The position numbers and the translations under genes are program-made. The notes below the pieces were generated by a model. It saw only the letters and a program-made list of their open reading frames with translations. It was not told the origin of the DNA and did not search any database. A DNA stretch of 60,924 bases, filler included, from Catajapyx aquilonaris (taxonomy: Eukaryota), in NCBI GenBank assembly GCA_000934665.2. It is 2 parts of 2 records of this genome, joined end to end, with 100 filler letters (N's around TTAATTAATTAA, not from the genome) between each part and the next. Parts side by side here need not be neighbours in the genome. Positions count along the whole stretch, not along the records: positions 1 to 30,744 come from JYFJ02004689.1; positions 30,845 to 60,924 come from JYFJ02004690.1. One strand, written 5' to 3'. Below, piece by piece: positions 22,201 through 34,180 of this stretch; within the stretch, counting starts at the first letter, position 1, and each line of letters starts with the position of its first letter.

Positions 22201-25200
22201 TCAGGGATGCGCTCACCTCCAGGGTCTTCTCAGCCTTGCGGAGGTCGTAGTGGAAGTCCGCCTTGGCGCTCTCGAATCCTCTGACCTGAGAGACCAGCTC
22301 GACCCTCCCTTCCGCCTTGGCCAGGCTGCGCATCTTCAGCTGCGCGACCAGCTCGCTCTTGCTGCCGTTGTTGTCGTAGGTGGCCCGCACGTTCCTCTCC
22401 TCCCTCGTCTGCGCGTCGTACTTGCCGGACACGTCCACCTTCTCGAATCCCTCGAAGGGGGATCGGAGGGAGAGGGACAGGTGTCCTTCCTGGGCGGAGA
22501 CCTTGGCCGAGGCGGAGATGGTGGTCATCTTCTGGCCGTTCTTCTCCAGGGCAAAGTTCAGAGACTTGTCGCCGCCTCCGTTCTTGTAGTCGAAAGACGA
22601 TCCGAGCTTCTCGTATCCGGAGACCGGGGTGGTGATGGTGACCTCTCCTTGACCTTCCTGCCTGCCAAGGGATCCCCTGGTGTCAATCTCAAAGTGCTGG
22701 TCGTTGACGCTGATGTGCAGGCGGCCACTCTTCTCGTCTCGGAGGCTGTAGCTGCCCACCAGGGCGAGGTTGTCGTACTGCCTGTAGGGAGTCCTCAGGG
22801 TGACCTTGACCTCTCCCTGCCGGGACCCGGCGTGGATCTCCGCGGCTGCCTCGGTCCTCCTGCCGTTGACCTGCATGGTGGCGTGGGCGGTCATCTTCTC
22901 GTCCTTTCCGGCCTGGTAGCCGCCGACGAGCTGCATCTGCCTGTAGGCCTCGTAAGGGGTGTCCAGGGACAGGTCGAAGGAGCGGCCGGATCCGGACTGG
23001 CTGCTGCTCTTTCCGGACAGCTTGATCTCGGCCGAGTTCTTCTGGAGGGTGAGGACGGCCGAGAGACTTTCTGGCTGGGGCTCCACTTCCAGGGAGGTCT
23101 TGAGGTGCTCGTATCCGGAGATGGGAGTGGAGGCTTCCAGGTGGGCGCGAAGCTTCCCTTGCTCATCCCAGTGAGAAGCGCCCTTCACCTCCGCCTTGTG
23201 CTGGCCGTAGGATGCGGACGCGTGGGCCTTGCGGTCCTTTCCGGACAGGTCGTACCCTCCCTTCAGGTGGAACTTGTCCTGGGCCCCTTCGAACATTGCC
23301 TGCGTGATTGTGGCTTCGGCGACTCCGGTCTTCTCGTCTCCTGTCAATTCGAAGGCCACTTCCAGCTGCCTGCGTCCCTGCCATTCCGCGACGACGCTTC
23401 CGCTCTTCTTGTCGTGCTTCATGTCGTAGCTGATCTGCACCTGGGATGCCTCGCAGTCCGGAACAGTGATGTGGAGGACTCCTTCCCCGTGGCTGGACTG
23501 GGCCTCCAGGGTCCCTTCCAGCTGGATCTTCTTCCCTGGCCTGTATTCCACGGAGAGGGAAGGCTGGTGCCGTCCTCCCACGACCTTGTTGCTCATGTCG
23601 GCCCTCAGGTCGTCTGTCCAGGGGCTCTTGAGGGAGGCGTGCACCTCCACGTGCCTTCCGCTGCTGGCCTCCGATGCGGCTGCCTCCAGAGTGGCAACCA
23701 CTCTCTTCCCGTCGGCCTCGGCCTCGAAGGCGTGCTCGTAGGATCCCTTCTTCCAGCTCTGCCTGCTGACCAGGTGTCCCTGGCGCATCCTCTGGAAGGG
23801 AGTGCTCACCTCCAGCTTGCTCTCCCAGTTGCCAGGCTTGGGTGCAGACAGGGTGTGGGTGACGACGAAGGCCTCTTCCTCCTTGCTGGAGGACACCTTG
23901 GCGTGGGTGTAGATCGCGTCTCCTTGCCTGTTGTGCTCAAACACCACCTTGACCTTCTCCAGGGTCGGGATGGGCGTCTCCAGGGAAGCCTCCATCTGGA
24001 CCAGGCGGGACTGGTGTCCCTTCCCCTCGCACTTCCCGGTCAGGGTGAAGGAACCCTTGTCCTGGTCTCCGTTGACTTGGACGTAGACGTGCACGTTGCT
24101 CTTGTCCAGGAGGAACTTGGCTTCCCCGCCGTACTTGTGCTCCGGAGTGTTGATGGTGGCAGACACGTCAAAGTCCTTGGGAGAAGGGGCCCTTCCGCTC
24201 AGGCGGACGGTGGCGGACTGGGAGTCGCGGGTCAGCTGCAGACTGGTCTCGAAGGTGTCCACGTGGCTCAACACGAATCCGTAGTCGGCGGTGTACGGGG
24301 TGGACAGGGTGCCCTTGGCTTCGGCTCCGTGCTCTGTCTTGGCAGAGTGCAGCTCCAACGAGGAGGTCTGTCCGGCCACGTTGGTCTTGGCCTTCAGGTC
24401 GAACACGCCGTTCCTGTTCTCCAGCTGGGCCTGGGCGGTGATGAGGTCGTACCGCTGATGGGGAGTGTGGATGGTCAGGGAGAGGGTGGCCGGGGACTCG
24501 GAAAACTTTCCAATCAGCTCCAGGTTCGTCTTCCTGGTGCCGCAGTTGCTCTCCGCCTGGAGGGTCAGCTGGTCTCTAGTGTTGACCAGGTTGAACCTGC
24601 CCTGGTACCTCTCCATGCCGTGGAAGGGGCTGCTGAAGGTGAGGGACCCACCCACATTGGCAGAGTTGGGTCCGCTGTTGTCGTCCCAAGTGATGGAGAG
24701 GGACGTGGTGTCTCCCTGGGCCACTCCGGAGGTCTCCAGCTTGAACTGCCTCTCGTTGGACAGGCACTCGAAGCTGAGGCTGGCGTCTTCCCACGACCTG
24801 AACGAGGTGGCCAGGTGACCGGTGACCTTGACGTGTCTCTGGGAGCGGACGTTGGTGTACATGCCGTGGATCTTGAGGTTCACCTGCTGCTTGTCCGGCC
24901 AGGAGAGGGTGCCCTGGGTGTCGAACTCTGACCCGTCCGTGCGGTGGGTCATGCTCAGGGTCTGGTACTCGTAGCCCTTCCAAGGGGTGTTGACGGTCAC
25001 GGACAAGGCCACGTCTCTGCCCTGGTTGTTGGTGTACTCGGCAGACACGCTCACACGCTGGGATGGAGCCCACTCCACTTCGCCTCGGATTCCATTAGAG
25101 CTGCAAGTAGAAACAAGCACGTTAGTTAGGCACCTGTGACCTGTGGAGACAACACAACAATGGAAAAGCAGGACACCTCCTCACCTGTAGGCGACTTCAG

Positions 25201-28200
25201 CCTGGATGGTCCTCTGTGGGTACTGCAGCACCCCGCGAGCCTTGCTGCTGCTCAGCTGCCCTTCGAAGGTGAACATGCGGGAAGAGTCTTGGTCCTTGTC
25301 CCAGTAGAGCTGCAGGTGGACGTGCTTCTCTGCTGCGTGAGGCCTGCTCATCTTGGCCTCCATCACAATGTGGCGTCCCACCTGCAGATCGGCGCTCACC
25401 TTCCTCTGCTCGCTGTCGTCCTGGACGGTGACGACGCCGCTGTACTTGAGCTGGTCCAGGGCCAGGTGGGCTTCCAGGCGCTTGTCCATCTCGTTGTTCA
25501 GCAGGTCCACGTTCAGGGCGTACCTGGAGGTTCCGAGGGTGACCTCGGTGTCCAGCTTGGAGTCCTGTGCACTGGCCACCAGGGTTGCAACCACCTGGAC
25601 GGGTGGCTGTCCCGGGATGAGGAGCCTGGCGTCCAGACTCTGGTCCACTCGCACGTGGGTGTTCCTGTTGGCGTAGTTGGCCACCAGCTTGCTCTCCTGG
25701 CTGCCTCCCATCAGAGAGGTCACCTCCAGCTCGAACTCTCCCGGTCTGACCTCCAGGAGCTGAGCCTGGAGCTTGTACTGGCGTCCCATGTAGGTGGCGT
25801 CCAGGTTCATGGACCTCTTCATGGGGTTGTCCAGGTGGGTCAGTTCCACGGAGGTGGTCAGCTCTCGAGAGGCGTCCAGGTGGGCCACCATGTGGTTGGT
25901 CAGGCTGACGTCCGTCTCCTGGTGGTCCATCTGGATCAGGTAGTCCACGCCGTGCTGTGGGCAGGCCAGGCTCAGCTTGAAGGTCAAGTCGGTCTGACCC
26001 ATGACCTGCTTCAGGTTGTACAGCTGCTGCAAGTCCCACTGGTTCTTCCCAATGACCAGGCGGCAAGAGTTGTCCAAGTATCCGACGCTGCTCTGGGTCT
26101 CCCAGTTGGCTTCCAAGTTGTATTCAGGGTACTCAGAGGACTGCAAAGAAACAACAGTACGTGATTGTTAGCACAACACAAGTTGCGGAGGAAATAATTA
26201 AATGGCGCAATAATAGACCCTTTCAAACTTATATTACATGTGCATTGACGTATGCGACGTATTTGGCCAGAGAGCCCTTGCTGATCTTTTGGAGCTTGGT
26301 TGAGATGTCCATGCTGTGGCGGGTGGATCCCTCGATGGAATACTCCACAGAAGCCTTGGAGCTCATGTAGTTGTCATTCACGCGCATGTTCCCGCGAATG
26401 GTTCCGTCAATCAGGTAAGACTTGACCTGTCCGTTGACCTGGTACTTCCCACCATCCTTGTTTATGTCACCTGCCAGGAGAAGAATAAAGCAATGAGACA
26501 TGTGTTCTTCAACGTGAATATTCCAGCAACAATGATGAGCGTATACCTGACAGCTGGATGGGAGTGTTGGTCAGGTGGCTGATGATCAGGTCAGCACTGT
26601 ACTTGGATCCTGCCACGTAGTCCACTGATCCCTGGATGTCCAGGACGGGTGTTTGCCACGCAACGATTGTCAGGCTGGGTTCGAATCTGGTGATGAAGAC
26701 AACAAATGTGTTCAGAAACAGGCCCATCAATCCCAACAATGCCGTCGACAAACCACAGTGTTGTGGTCAGTGGTCAGTGGGTGGCATGAACTGACCTGGT
26801 GCTCTTTGGGCTCTGGCTGTTCCTGAGTCCGTAGGTGAGTCCGAGCAGCTCGTCTCCATCCACCACCACGGAGAGCCTGGCCTGCTCCAGCATCTTGGTC
26901 TGCCTTCCGAGCTCGTACTTGCCCTCCACCTGGACCTGGGTCCAGGGAGACTGGACGTGGACTTGCAGGGCAGAGTTGGGCACGTCCAGGGTGGCCTTGG
27001 CCGACAGCCTCCGGTCAACCCTTGACCCAGGGGTGTCTGCCTCCACGCTCACGATCCACACGGGCTGTTGGTTGCAAGGTCATCGTTGGTCAGCAAAATA
27101 ATGTCCGCATAATAACATTTTAAATAAAGAGGCATATATACCTTAGACTCGATGGTCCTCTTTTCCCAGCGGTAGTCAAACTTGTAAGAGTTGAAGATGT
27201 CCGACTTCTGCAGGTAGATCTTGGCAGAGGCGGGTCCAGTGAAGGGGAAGTAAGGTGCGTGGGTGTCTTCGGAGGCGTTCGGGTAGCTGAGCTGGGTGCA
27301 CAGCTTGATGCCAAACACCTTGGACAGGGCCTCGGAGCTGCAGGAGCTGAGCTCCACTCGTCCCTCGGGGATTCCGGCCTGGCGACGCTCTCCCCCGCGG
27401 TGCAGGAGGACCAGCTCAGAGTCCACCTCCAGGACCTCGATCTTCTCCTTGGGCATGTCCAGGCTCACAGACACAATCTCGCCGCCTTGGATCTGCACGG
27501 ATCATGATGGGTTAATTGGGGAACAAGTGATGGTCACTCCTTTCAATAAAGAGTAGACAAGAGGTGCTGACCTTGACGTGTCCTCCCAGGTAGGTGCTGC
27601 TCCTGAGGGTGTTCTTGAGCTGCAGCCCCGAGCGTCCGCCGCTGGGGGTCTGCACTGCCATCACTCCAGACACCTCCACCACTCCAGAGGGTCGGATCAG
27701 GCCTTCGATTTCCATCCTGTTCTGGGAGAAGAAGTGCTCCACGTCCGCCTTTCCGTTGATCTTGAGGCCAACGTTGGCCACGCCCTTGATGGTCAGGTTC
27801 AGGGACAGACCCGCAGCAGTCGGAACCACGTACGAGGAATCCAGGAAGACCACGGACTTGCTGTAGTCCACTTCCTTTCCGCTGGTCAATGCGGAGAACA
27901 CGTCCGTCACGTGGCTCTGATCAGGGACAACAAATACTAATTAGCATCAAGCCACATCAGTGCCAATAATGCCACACTCATTATTAGGGAGAGTGTGTGG
28001 TCACGTACCTGGTGAGCATCTTGCAAGTCCTCGAGGCTGTTGAAGTGGTTGTAGTGAAGTTCGTTTCCAAAGACGCGCATGGACACTGCTCCTCGGGGCT
28101 GCTCGTCGCCTCCGACCCCAAAGGTCTCCCCCAGCTTCTCGATCATCCCGTGGTTGACCTCCCTCTTGGTGCGCATGTTGTGAAGCATCTTGTTCATGGT

Positions 28201-30744
28201 CTCGTCGGGGAAGTACCCAGAGGGTCCGAACATGGACTCCACCAGGGGCTCAAACCCTTCCGCACGGCCAGTGATCTCGAACAGATCCACGTATTCCTGT
28301 TGGTAGTGGCGGGAGAAGAGAAAACAATGACATTATTGTTGTCATTCCCGTATCACCTTTCGTCGGAGTGAATAAGAGACCAACGAACCTTGAAAAGCTC
28401 TACGCCAAGGTTGAGTGAGGCCGATCTGGGCAGGTAGGAGTCTGGGGAGAAGATGATGTTGGAGTCCACAGTGGCTCCAGCGTCCATGTCGTCCAGGCGG
28501 AAGGTTCCCTCGTAGTTCCTGGAGAACTTGCGGGCGTCGGTGCTGAACTTGTTGCGGAGGAACTGGTTGGAGAGGAGCTCACGGGCAATCTGCTTAACCG
28601 GGCTGTTGCTCTCCTGGAGGTTGGTCAGGTGGGTCCAGACGAAGGAGCCCACTGCAGAGAAAGGACAAGATGTGTTTAGCAAACATTATTTGGACTCACG
28701 CAGGCAGCACAGATTGTGGAAAGAGGATAATAACGCACCTTGGTTGACATCCTCCCCGTACATGACGTCCTTGACCCTGTCAATGACCTCCTGCGAGGGG
28801 CACCTCATGACCGCGAGGTAGGCGGCGATCCTGAGCTCAGAGTCCTGGCTCTTGTCGGCGTAGAGGTCAAAGAGCGGCTCCCGGTGTGGGGTGTCGCAGG
28901 GGAGGCGTCGGTAGGCGTCCATGGCGGCCAGCCTGATCTCGATGGGGTTCTCCTCCTGGTAGCACCTGCGCAGGACCTCCTCCGAGCGGAAGAAGCGTCC
29001 CACGTTGCCCAGGGCCTTCAGGGCCACCACCACCTGGTGGATGGCCTCTGGCTTGGTGGCCCTGCAGCTGCTCCCCAGCTGGATCTCCAGCTTGCGGATG
29101 GCCTCCTGGACCTGGGGTTCCTGGTCGCAGGAAGGGTGCTCCTGGCAGTACGTGTGCAGCAGGGAAGAGATGCCCAGCATGGCCTTGTGGCGAGGGGTGT
29201 CCTGAAGGAGGGGCTGTTGGACAATAATAGAAATTCATTCGTGTCAGCACTTCATCACCACACACACGATCCTTTCCCCTTTCTGAAGGAAATAAGCCAC
29301 GTGGCTGATGCTCACCTCGATGGCAGTGATCATGTGCAGGTCTGGCTTCTTCTGGAATGCCAGGGAGGAAAACCAGACGTCGGCCTCATGGTCACTCAGC
29401 TGACCACCCTGGTACAGGTCGCGCATCACGCTGAATCCGGCTGCAGTGTCCACGAGGGGAAGAGCATCAACCAGGAATTTCCTACACATGAGACGAGAGC
29501 AACGTATAAAGCAGCCCAAAAAAGAAGCCAACGAAAATAAGAAGCATTTAAAGGACGAAGACGAAGTCCTGCTGCTGACCTGGCGTGAGTGTCACTGGTG
29601 TCCTGGACGACGGCACTGAGCTGGGGATAGTCGATGGACCTCAGAGAATCCACAAGCCTGGAGAAGAGCGCAGGGATGCTGGCCTTCATCTCCTCGCTGG
29701 ACTCCTTGACCAGCAGTTCCAGAAGGGACTTGACCTCGGACTCTGAGGACTGACCAGATGGTCGGGGGTGGCCGTGGGAGAAGAGGAGGGTCGTCTTGGA
29801 GCCGACAATGTCATCTGTGGACGTGGCAATAAGACATGAGAAACCATCTGATCACCTGCTGTGCACCACCAACATATGGAAATGGAAGAGTCTGTCTCAC
29901 CATTGCCGGTGTATGATCCCGGGTACTCCGTGTTGTAGGTGAGAGTCTGGGTGACCTTTGTGACTGCTCCGCTCTCGTGGTTGGAGAATGGGCGGAACAT
30001 GTGGGTCTCCACGCACACGGACTTCTCCAGGCGCTGCTGGCGGATGGTTTGCTCGCACTCGTGGTGGCTCCTGATGGTTTAACAGACCACGACATTTGAA
30101 TAAACATCCATTTCGTATGATACAGTGTATATAAGCAAGCATAAAATGTCCGAGTGTCTCTTACTTGAGGAGAGGCAGGGACTGGATCCTGGAGGAGGCT
30201 GGATGATGCCTGCCTGGCTGGAACATGTTGAAGTGTGCGTGCCTGTCTGTGCACTCCAGGAGGTCCTTGGTCTTCTTGATGGTGACTGAGCTCCAGCCAT
30301 TGTTCTCCACGGCGTAGTGTGCTTCGCAGTTTCCGCTCACGTCCACCTGGTCATGGTCACAATATAGTTCATCAGTATGACAGAGGGAGAGGGAGAGATG
30401 AGAGGGTATTACAGTCCTACCTCTCGAACGACGTCTGGGTTCTGCAGGTCTCGCATGGTGTTCTGCAGGGCCGAGAGGATTCCCCTCTTGATGTTGAGCA
30501 CCTGTTCCGAGTCCCCCTCCGATGGACAGAGGACCTCCACCTGTCCGTCCTGGAAGGCGAACCGGAGTGGGTGTCGGGACAGCTCCTGGGAGAGGAGGTC
30601 TGAGTCCGGCAGCGGTGACCTCGAGGACGACCTGGTTGGGTCGCTCGGGTCAGAGTCCTCCAGGGACACATCCTTCACTCTCAGAACAAACTCGCAGGAC
30701 GTGATGGCTTCGATCTCCGCTTTGGCCGTCAGGTGGAGTCTGGA
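10296..30744 (-). CDS. Apoltp: Giant large lipid transfer protein (apolipophorin / apoLTP-like: Vitellogenin_N-DUF1943-DUF1081-like region, beta-repeat region, VWD, C8-like, vWA-like C-terminus); >=6,210 aa, N-terminus missing at gap
   Basis: 22 GT-AG exons that join in frame (18,633 nt incl. TAA): 30744-30421, 30346-30165, 30070-29901, 29814-29580, 29481-29316, 29213-28739, 28651-28389, 28296-28009, 27916-27572, 27492-27142, 27064-26796, 26686-26547, 26470-26238, 26140-25185, 25100-14749, 14671-13660, 13584-13157, 13075-11639, 11558-11252, 11173-10963, 10874-10512, 10421-10296. LLTP motifs: LNIKRGILSALQ, EVDVSGNC, ALKALGN, DSELRIAAYLAVMRCP, NQVGSFVWTHL, DARKFSRN, IIFSPDSYLPRS. VWD: HYMTFD..FEFAGECSYLLASDF..GLLGTYDNE. 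C8-like: CREMF..HPCF..C..CTAAAAYVSVC. Orthology to insect Apoltp versus crustacean dLp/HDL-BGBP is inferred only. Confidence 0.9.
14749..25100 (-). CDS. Single 10,352-bp coding exon of the LLTP gene (tandem ~55-aa beta-repeat region)
   Basis: Acceptor ttgcag|C at 25101/25100 and donor G|gtaagt at 14749/14748. The frame is stop-free (3466-aa ORF in the track), with recurring (T/S)P(F/Y/I)xG(Y/F)E motifs about 52-56 aa apart. Confidence 0.9.
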
Positions 30745-30844
30745 NNNNNNNNNNNNNNNNNNNNNNNNNNNNNNNNNNNNNNNNNNNNTTAATTAATTAA
30801 NNNNNNNNNNNNNNNNNNNNNNNNNNNNNNNNNNNNNNNNNNNN
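30745..30844. other. Artificial assembly spacer: 44 N + TTAATTAATTAA + 44 N
   Basis: Exactly 100 bp and symmetric. The central 12-mer (30789-30800) gives stop codons in all six frames, as in a contig-joining linker. Confidence 0.95.
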
Positions 30845-31529
30845 AATTCTTCCCAGCCCCAAAGCACGAATGTTTTGAATTAAATTTGATTATCACACAT
30901 CCCTATGACACGAACCAACCCCCACCTATGGACTTGTTTTTTACTTTTAATCTCACCCAGAGGAAGAATAGTTTTCGGCAGTTTTACTGCTTATTTTTAT
31001 TTAATTCTTTTCATCATCAGAATAAAGTGAAAACCTGCTGATGCCCCCCCTTTCGTCCCAAAATGTTTCCCCCCTTCAACCTCCTGTGGGGGAAGTGGGC
31101 TCCAGACTGGGACCCCCCCCCTCCCAAGTATATCCGGTCTCGGTACAGAAAGTGAGCGAGAGCCACAAATCTGACACTTTCGAAATCGCCTTGTAGCTCA
31201 AAAAGTAAAGGTTTTTTTTTCAAAAAAAGGTAGGCAGGAGGGCACCCCCTGGGAACATTGCGGTTCGAATAACAGATTGTATGACCCTCTACGACGCACC
31301 GTTTAGGCTGTACCCCGGAGCGACTAACGACACTTTTTTGAACTTTGACCCCGGCTAATGACCCCGGCAATGGCCCTAGTTGTTGTTTATCTATATAAAG
31401 TTTGAAACTGTAGTGAGCGGAGAGTAAATCTTGTTTCCGATTTGAAATCGATTAACCCGATCGCGAGTTATGAAGTCGGGAAAATTGCATTGGGCTCGAC
31501 CCGATTCCCTACTATTCGTTTCACGCGCG

Positions 31530-31614
31530 CCGGATGGCCCGCTTCGCGGGCCAACCGGTAGGTGGAGTTGGTGGGCCCTGCCGTTTGCCCCGCTTCGCGG
31601 GGCAAACGGCAGGG
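31530..31614. repeat. Two tandem GC-rich hairpins with CGC-TTC-GCG cores
   Basis: 31530-31558 ccggatggcccgc-ttc-gcgggccaaccgg, and 31576-31614 with a perfect 18-bp stem ccctgccgtttgccccgc-ttc-gcggggcaaacggcaggg. Confidence 0.85.
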
Positions 31615-31680
31615 AGGAAGAATAGAAAAATGACTTCCAAAAAGCATTCCAATCGTGGAAAGAGCACTGGGATTGGTATA

Positions 31681-32104
31681 CAGGGTGTATCTGAACTCAG
31701 TGCCCCGACATATATGACTGCCTTCCTAGCCACCAGAGGATCGATTTAAATATAGGAGTCATATGTCTGGGCAGCCTCATTACTGAGATACACTCTTTAG
31801 CGATTTTTGCCTAATCGCTCCTTCTGACTTTTAAATAGAATTTTCTGGTGTAACTAGCCAAAGAGGCCTTACCACATGTGGGCAACAAACCACCAAAGTC
31901 CGGCCCCCAGACCTTCCAGAGCCTTCTGACTGGGGGAGGGTTCGATGGGTGGCCTAACCGACAGGATATTTTGTACTACATGTTTGCGGCCAATTATCTC
32001 CGTAATGAGGCTGCCCAGACATATGACTCCTATACTTAAATCGATCCTCTGGTGGCTAGGAAGGCAGTCATATACGTCGGGGCACTGAGTTCAGATACAC
32101 CCTG
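31681..32104. mobile_element. Tc1/mariner-type MITE, 424 bp, ~110-bp TIRs
   Basis: TA|CAGGGTGTATCTGAACTCAGTGCCCCGAC... ...GTCGGGGCACTGAGTTCAGATACACCCTG|TA. The arms are nearly identical. Confidence 0.9.
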
Positions 32105-34180
32105 TATATGTTCAAAAGGGGACTACTTCGAAGGTGATTAAGGAAAATAAGGTGTGCGGTAAGCTAATATGTATTTCAGAAAAAATCAGTTCGCGGACTT
32201 TTTGGTAGCACCTCATACGCCACACTCTCACCATTTGTTCTGGATGAATCGTGTAACCCGAGCTATAATTATTATGTAATACGTACAAGTAAGATACTTG
32301 TATAGTTGAAAGTAACTGCTTCACTCTTCTTGCCTTATGCTATTGAGGAGACCAAAAAAAATAAACGACGATGGTTGTTTCATGATCTCTCATAGTCTGC
32401 CCGTATGAGACAATATACAGACTTTAGGGCAACCATTTCCGTGTAATGTATATACTTCGATGTTTAGCCATTTATTGGGGTCATTGCCGGTGCTCATGGA
32501 CGGACGCTTTAGTAGGCGCCACTTTCACAGCAGCTGATATATTCGACCACACCTGGGAATAATTGGCAGCTGGATCAGGGAGCAAAAAGCGACACAAAAA
32601 TAACAGCTTCGGGCAAAATTTTCGATAACTGAAACATTCCCAATACTTATTGGAACACACACTATAGAAGAAGACATAACCAGCAGAGAAGTTTGATATA
32701 ACATACTGACTCCGTACATGCAGACTGGCTTTCCAAAAAGAAAATAGCTGATGAAAAATCGATGGGCTTCGGCAATGACTTTATTAAAATAATGGTCAAA
32801 CATCTACGTAATTACTATACCAAACTGTTTTCTCCAAACCTATACAGGGTGCGGAAATTTATCGTATATCTTCGCTTTGGAGAGGGCTTTGGTAGATGGG
32901 TTCTAGGCGATCATTTTAAATATCGTGAGACTCCACAGCATAGTTACCGAGAAATTACCATTAAGTAAAGATTGCGTTATATCAGCTTCTATATCACGGA
33001 TACAGTCTACGACGCGTCCATCGCCTAGGCCTATGCCTGCTTCACCTAATGGAATTGTATCGCAAATTGAAATAATTGTACGTTAACACCTAAAATTAAA
33101 AAGATAAGTTCGCGTGGAGGGAGGCGTTAAGTGCCAGGATATTTTATGACTTTGGTTTGAAGCCTATTATCTCGGTAATTATGCTGTGGAGACCCATGAT
33201 ACTTGCATGATACCTATCCTTATAATGATCGCCTAGTGACCCAAAGTGAAGGTATGATAAATTTTCTCACCCTGATGTATACATGTATACTGTAATTAAC
33301 ACAGTCATAGCCTACTTCCTACTTACTGGAAATCACCTCAATACTCATAATTTTTGTCATCAATGTAACTTCCTTTTCGTACCACTCGGTATACACGATG
33401 GTAAGTGTCCCTCGTTTGCTTCAGGTAGGACAATTTATTCCTGACCTTCGCCTGATCCAGGTGTAAGTCATATTTGGAATCGAGACTTAATTATCGCGGG
33501 TTTTAATTTTTAAACATTTGGGATGTAGGGAATATTTGATTTTCTGATGTTTGATCTATTGGCCTTATGAATACTGCTATGGTTTCCCCTATAGACTTGG
33601 CTAATTCTCATGAATTTAGATTACATAACGAATGAGCGACGAAAGACCCATCCTCTTTCTCTAAATAATTAATATAGTGCACATATTATCCGGTCATGCA
33701 GTACTATGTATACAGTGTATGTCACAATATACGTAGGTCTACTAAATCGCAATAAACCCCTATATCTCACGGAATATTTTACTTTCGGGCGCTCTTGTTA
33801 CTGTTGTTGACATTGGATATTCATTCATTCATTCATATATTTGAATCACGGTTTGTACAGTCATCTAAGCGTAAGGAATAGCCACCGATATCGATGAAAC
33901 CACAATAACAGCATGCGGCACTCCTCGCCATCTCACAAGACCAGTAGAGACATGATTCCCCAGGTGCCTTGGTCAGATGCACACAAAATGAGATGAATGG
34001 TTTGATGACATAGATGGAACAAGTTTCTGATGCAAACAAGCGTCCAGTGTAAATAGGCATCTTATATAAACAGTGATAGTCAGCAGGTACGAAGCTGTCT
34101 TTTAACTTGCGTCCACCCTGAGGTCCACCCAGACTGACTACCACATAATAATATTCTATATGCATTCCCCTAATTATATA

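Noticed and set aside
25101..25184. Possible 7-nt microexon (cag|GTCACAG|gt) inside an LLTP intron
   Set aside because: It would shift the frame and leave implausibly short introns, and the flanking exons already join in phase.
11628..29540. Many long + strand ORFs (488, 352, 708, 518, 428, 941, 342 aa) antisense to the LLTP gene
   Set aside because: These are shadow ORFs expected from strong G/C third-position bias. They are confined to the LLTP locus, are L/V/G/Q-rich and have no recognisable domains.
30789..30800. TTAATTAATTAA as a biological motif (piggyBac site or homeodomain site)
   Set aside because: It is centred in a symmetric N run and is an assembly linker.
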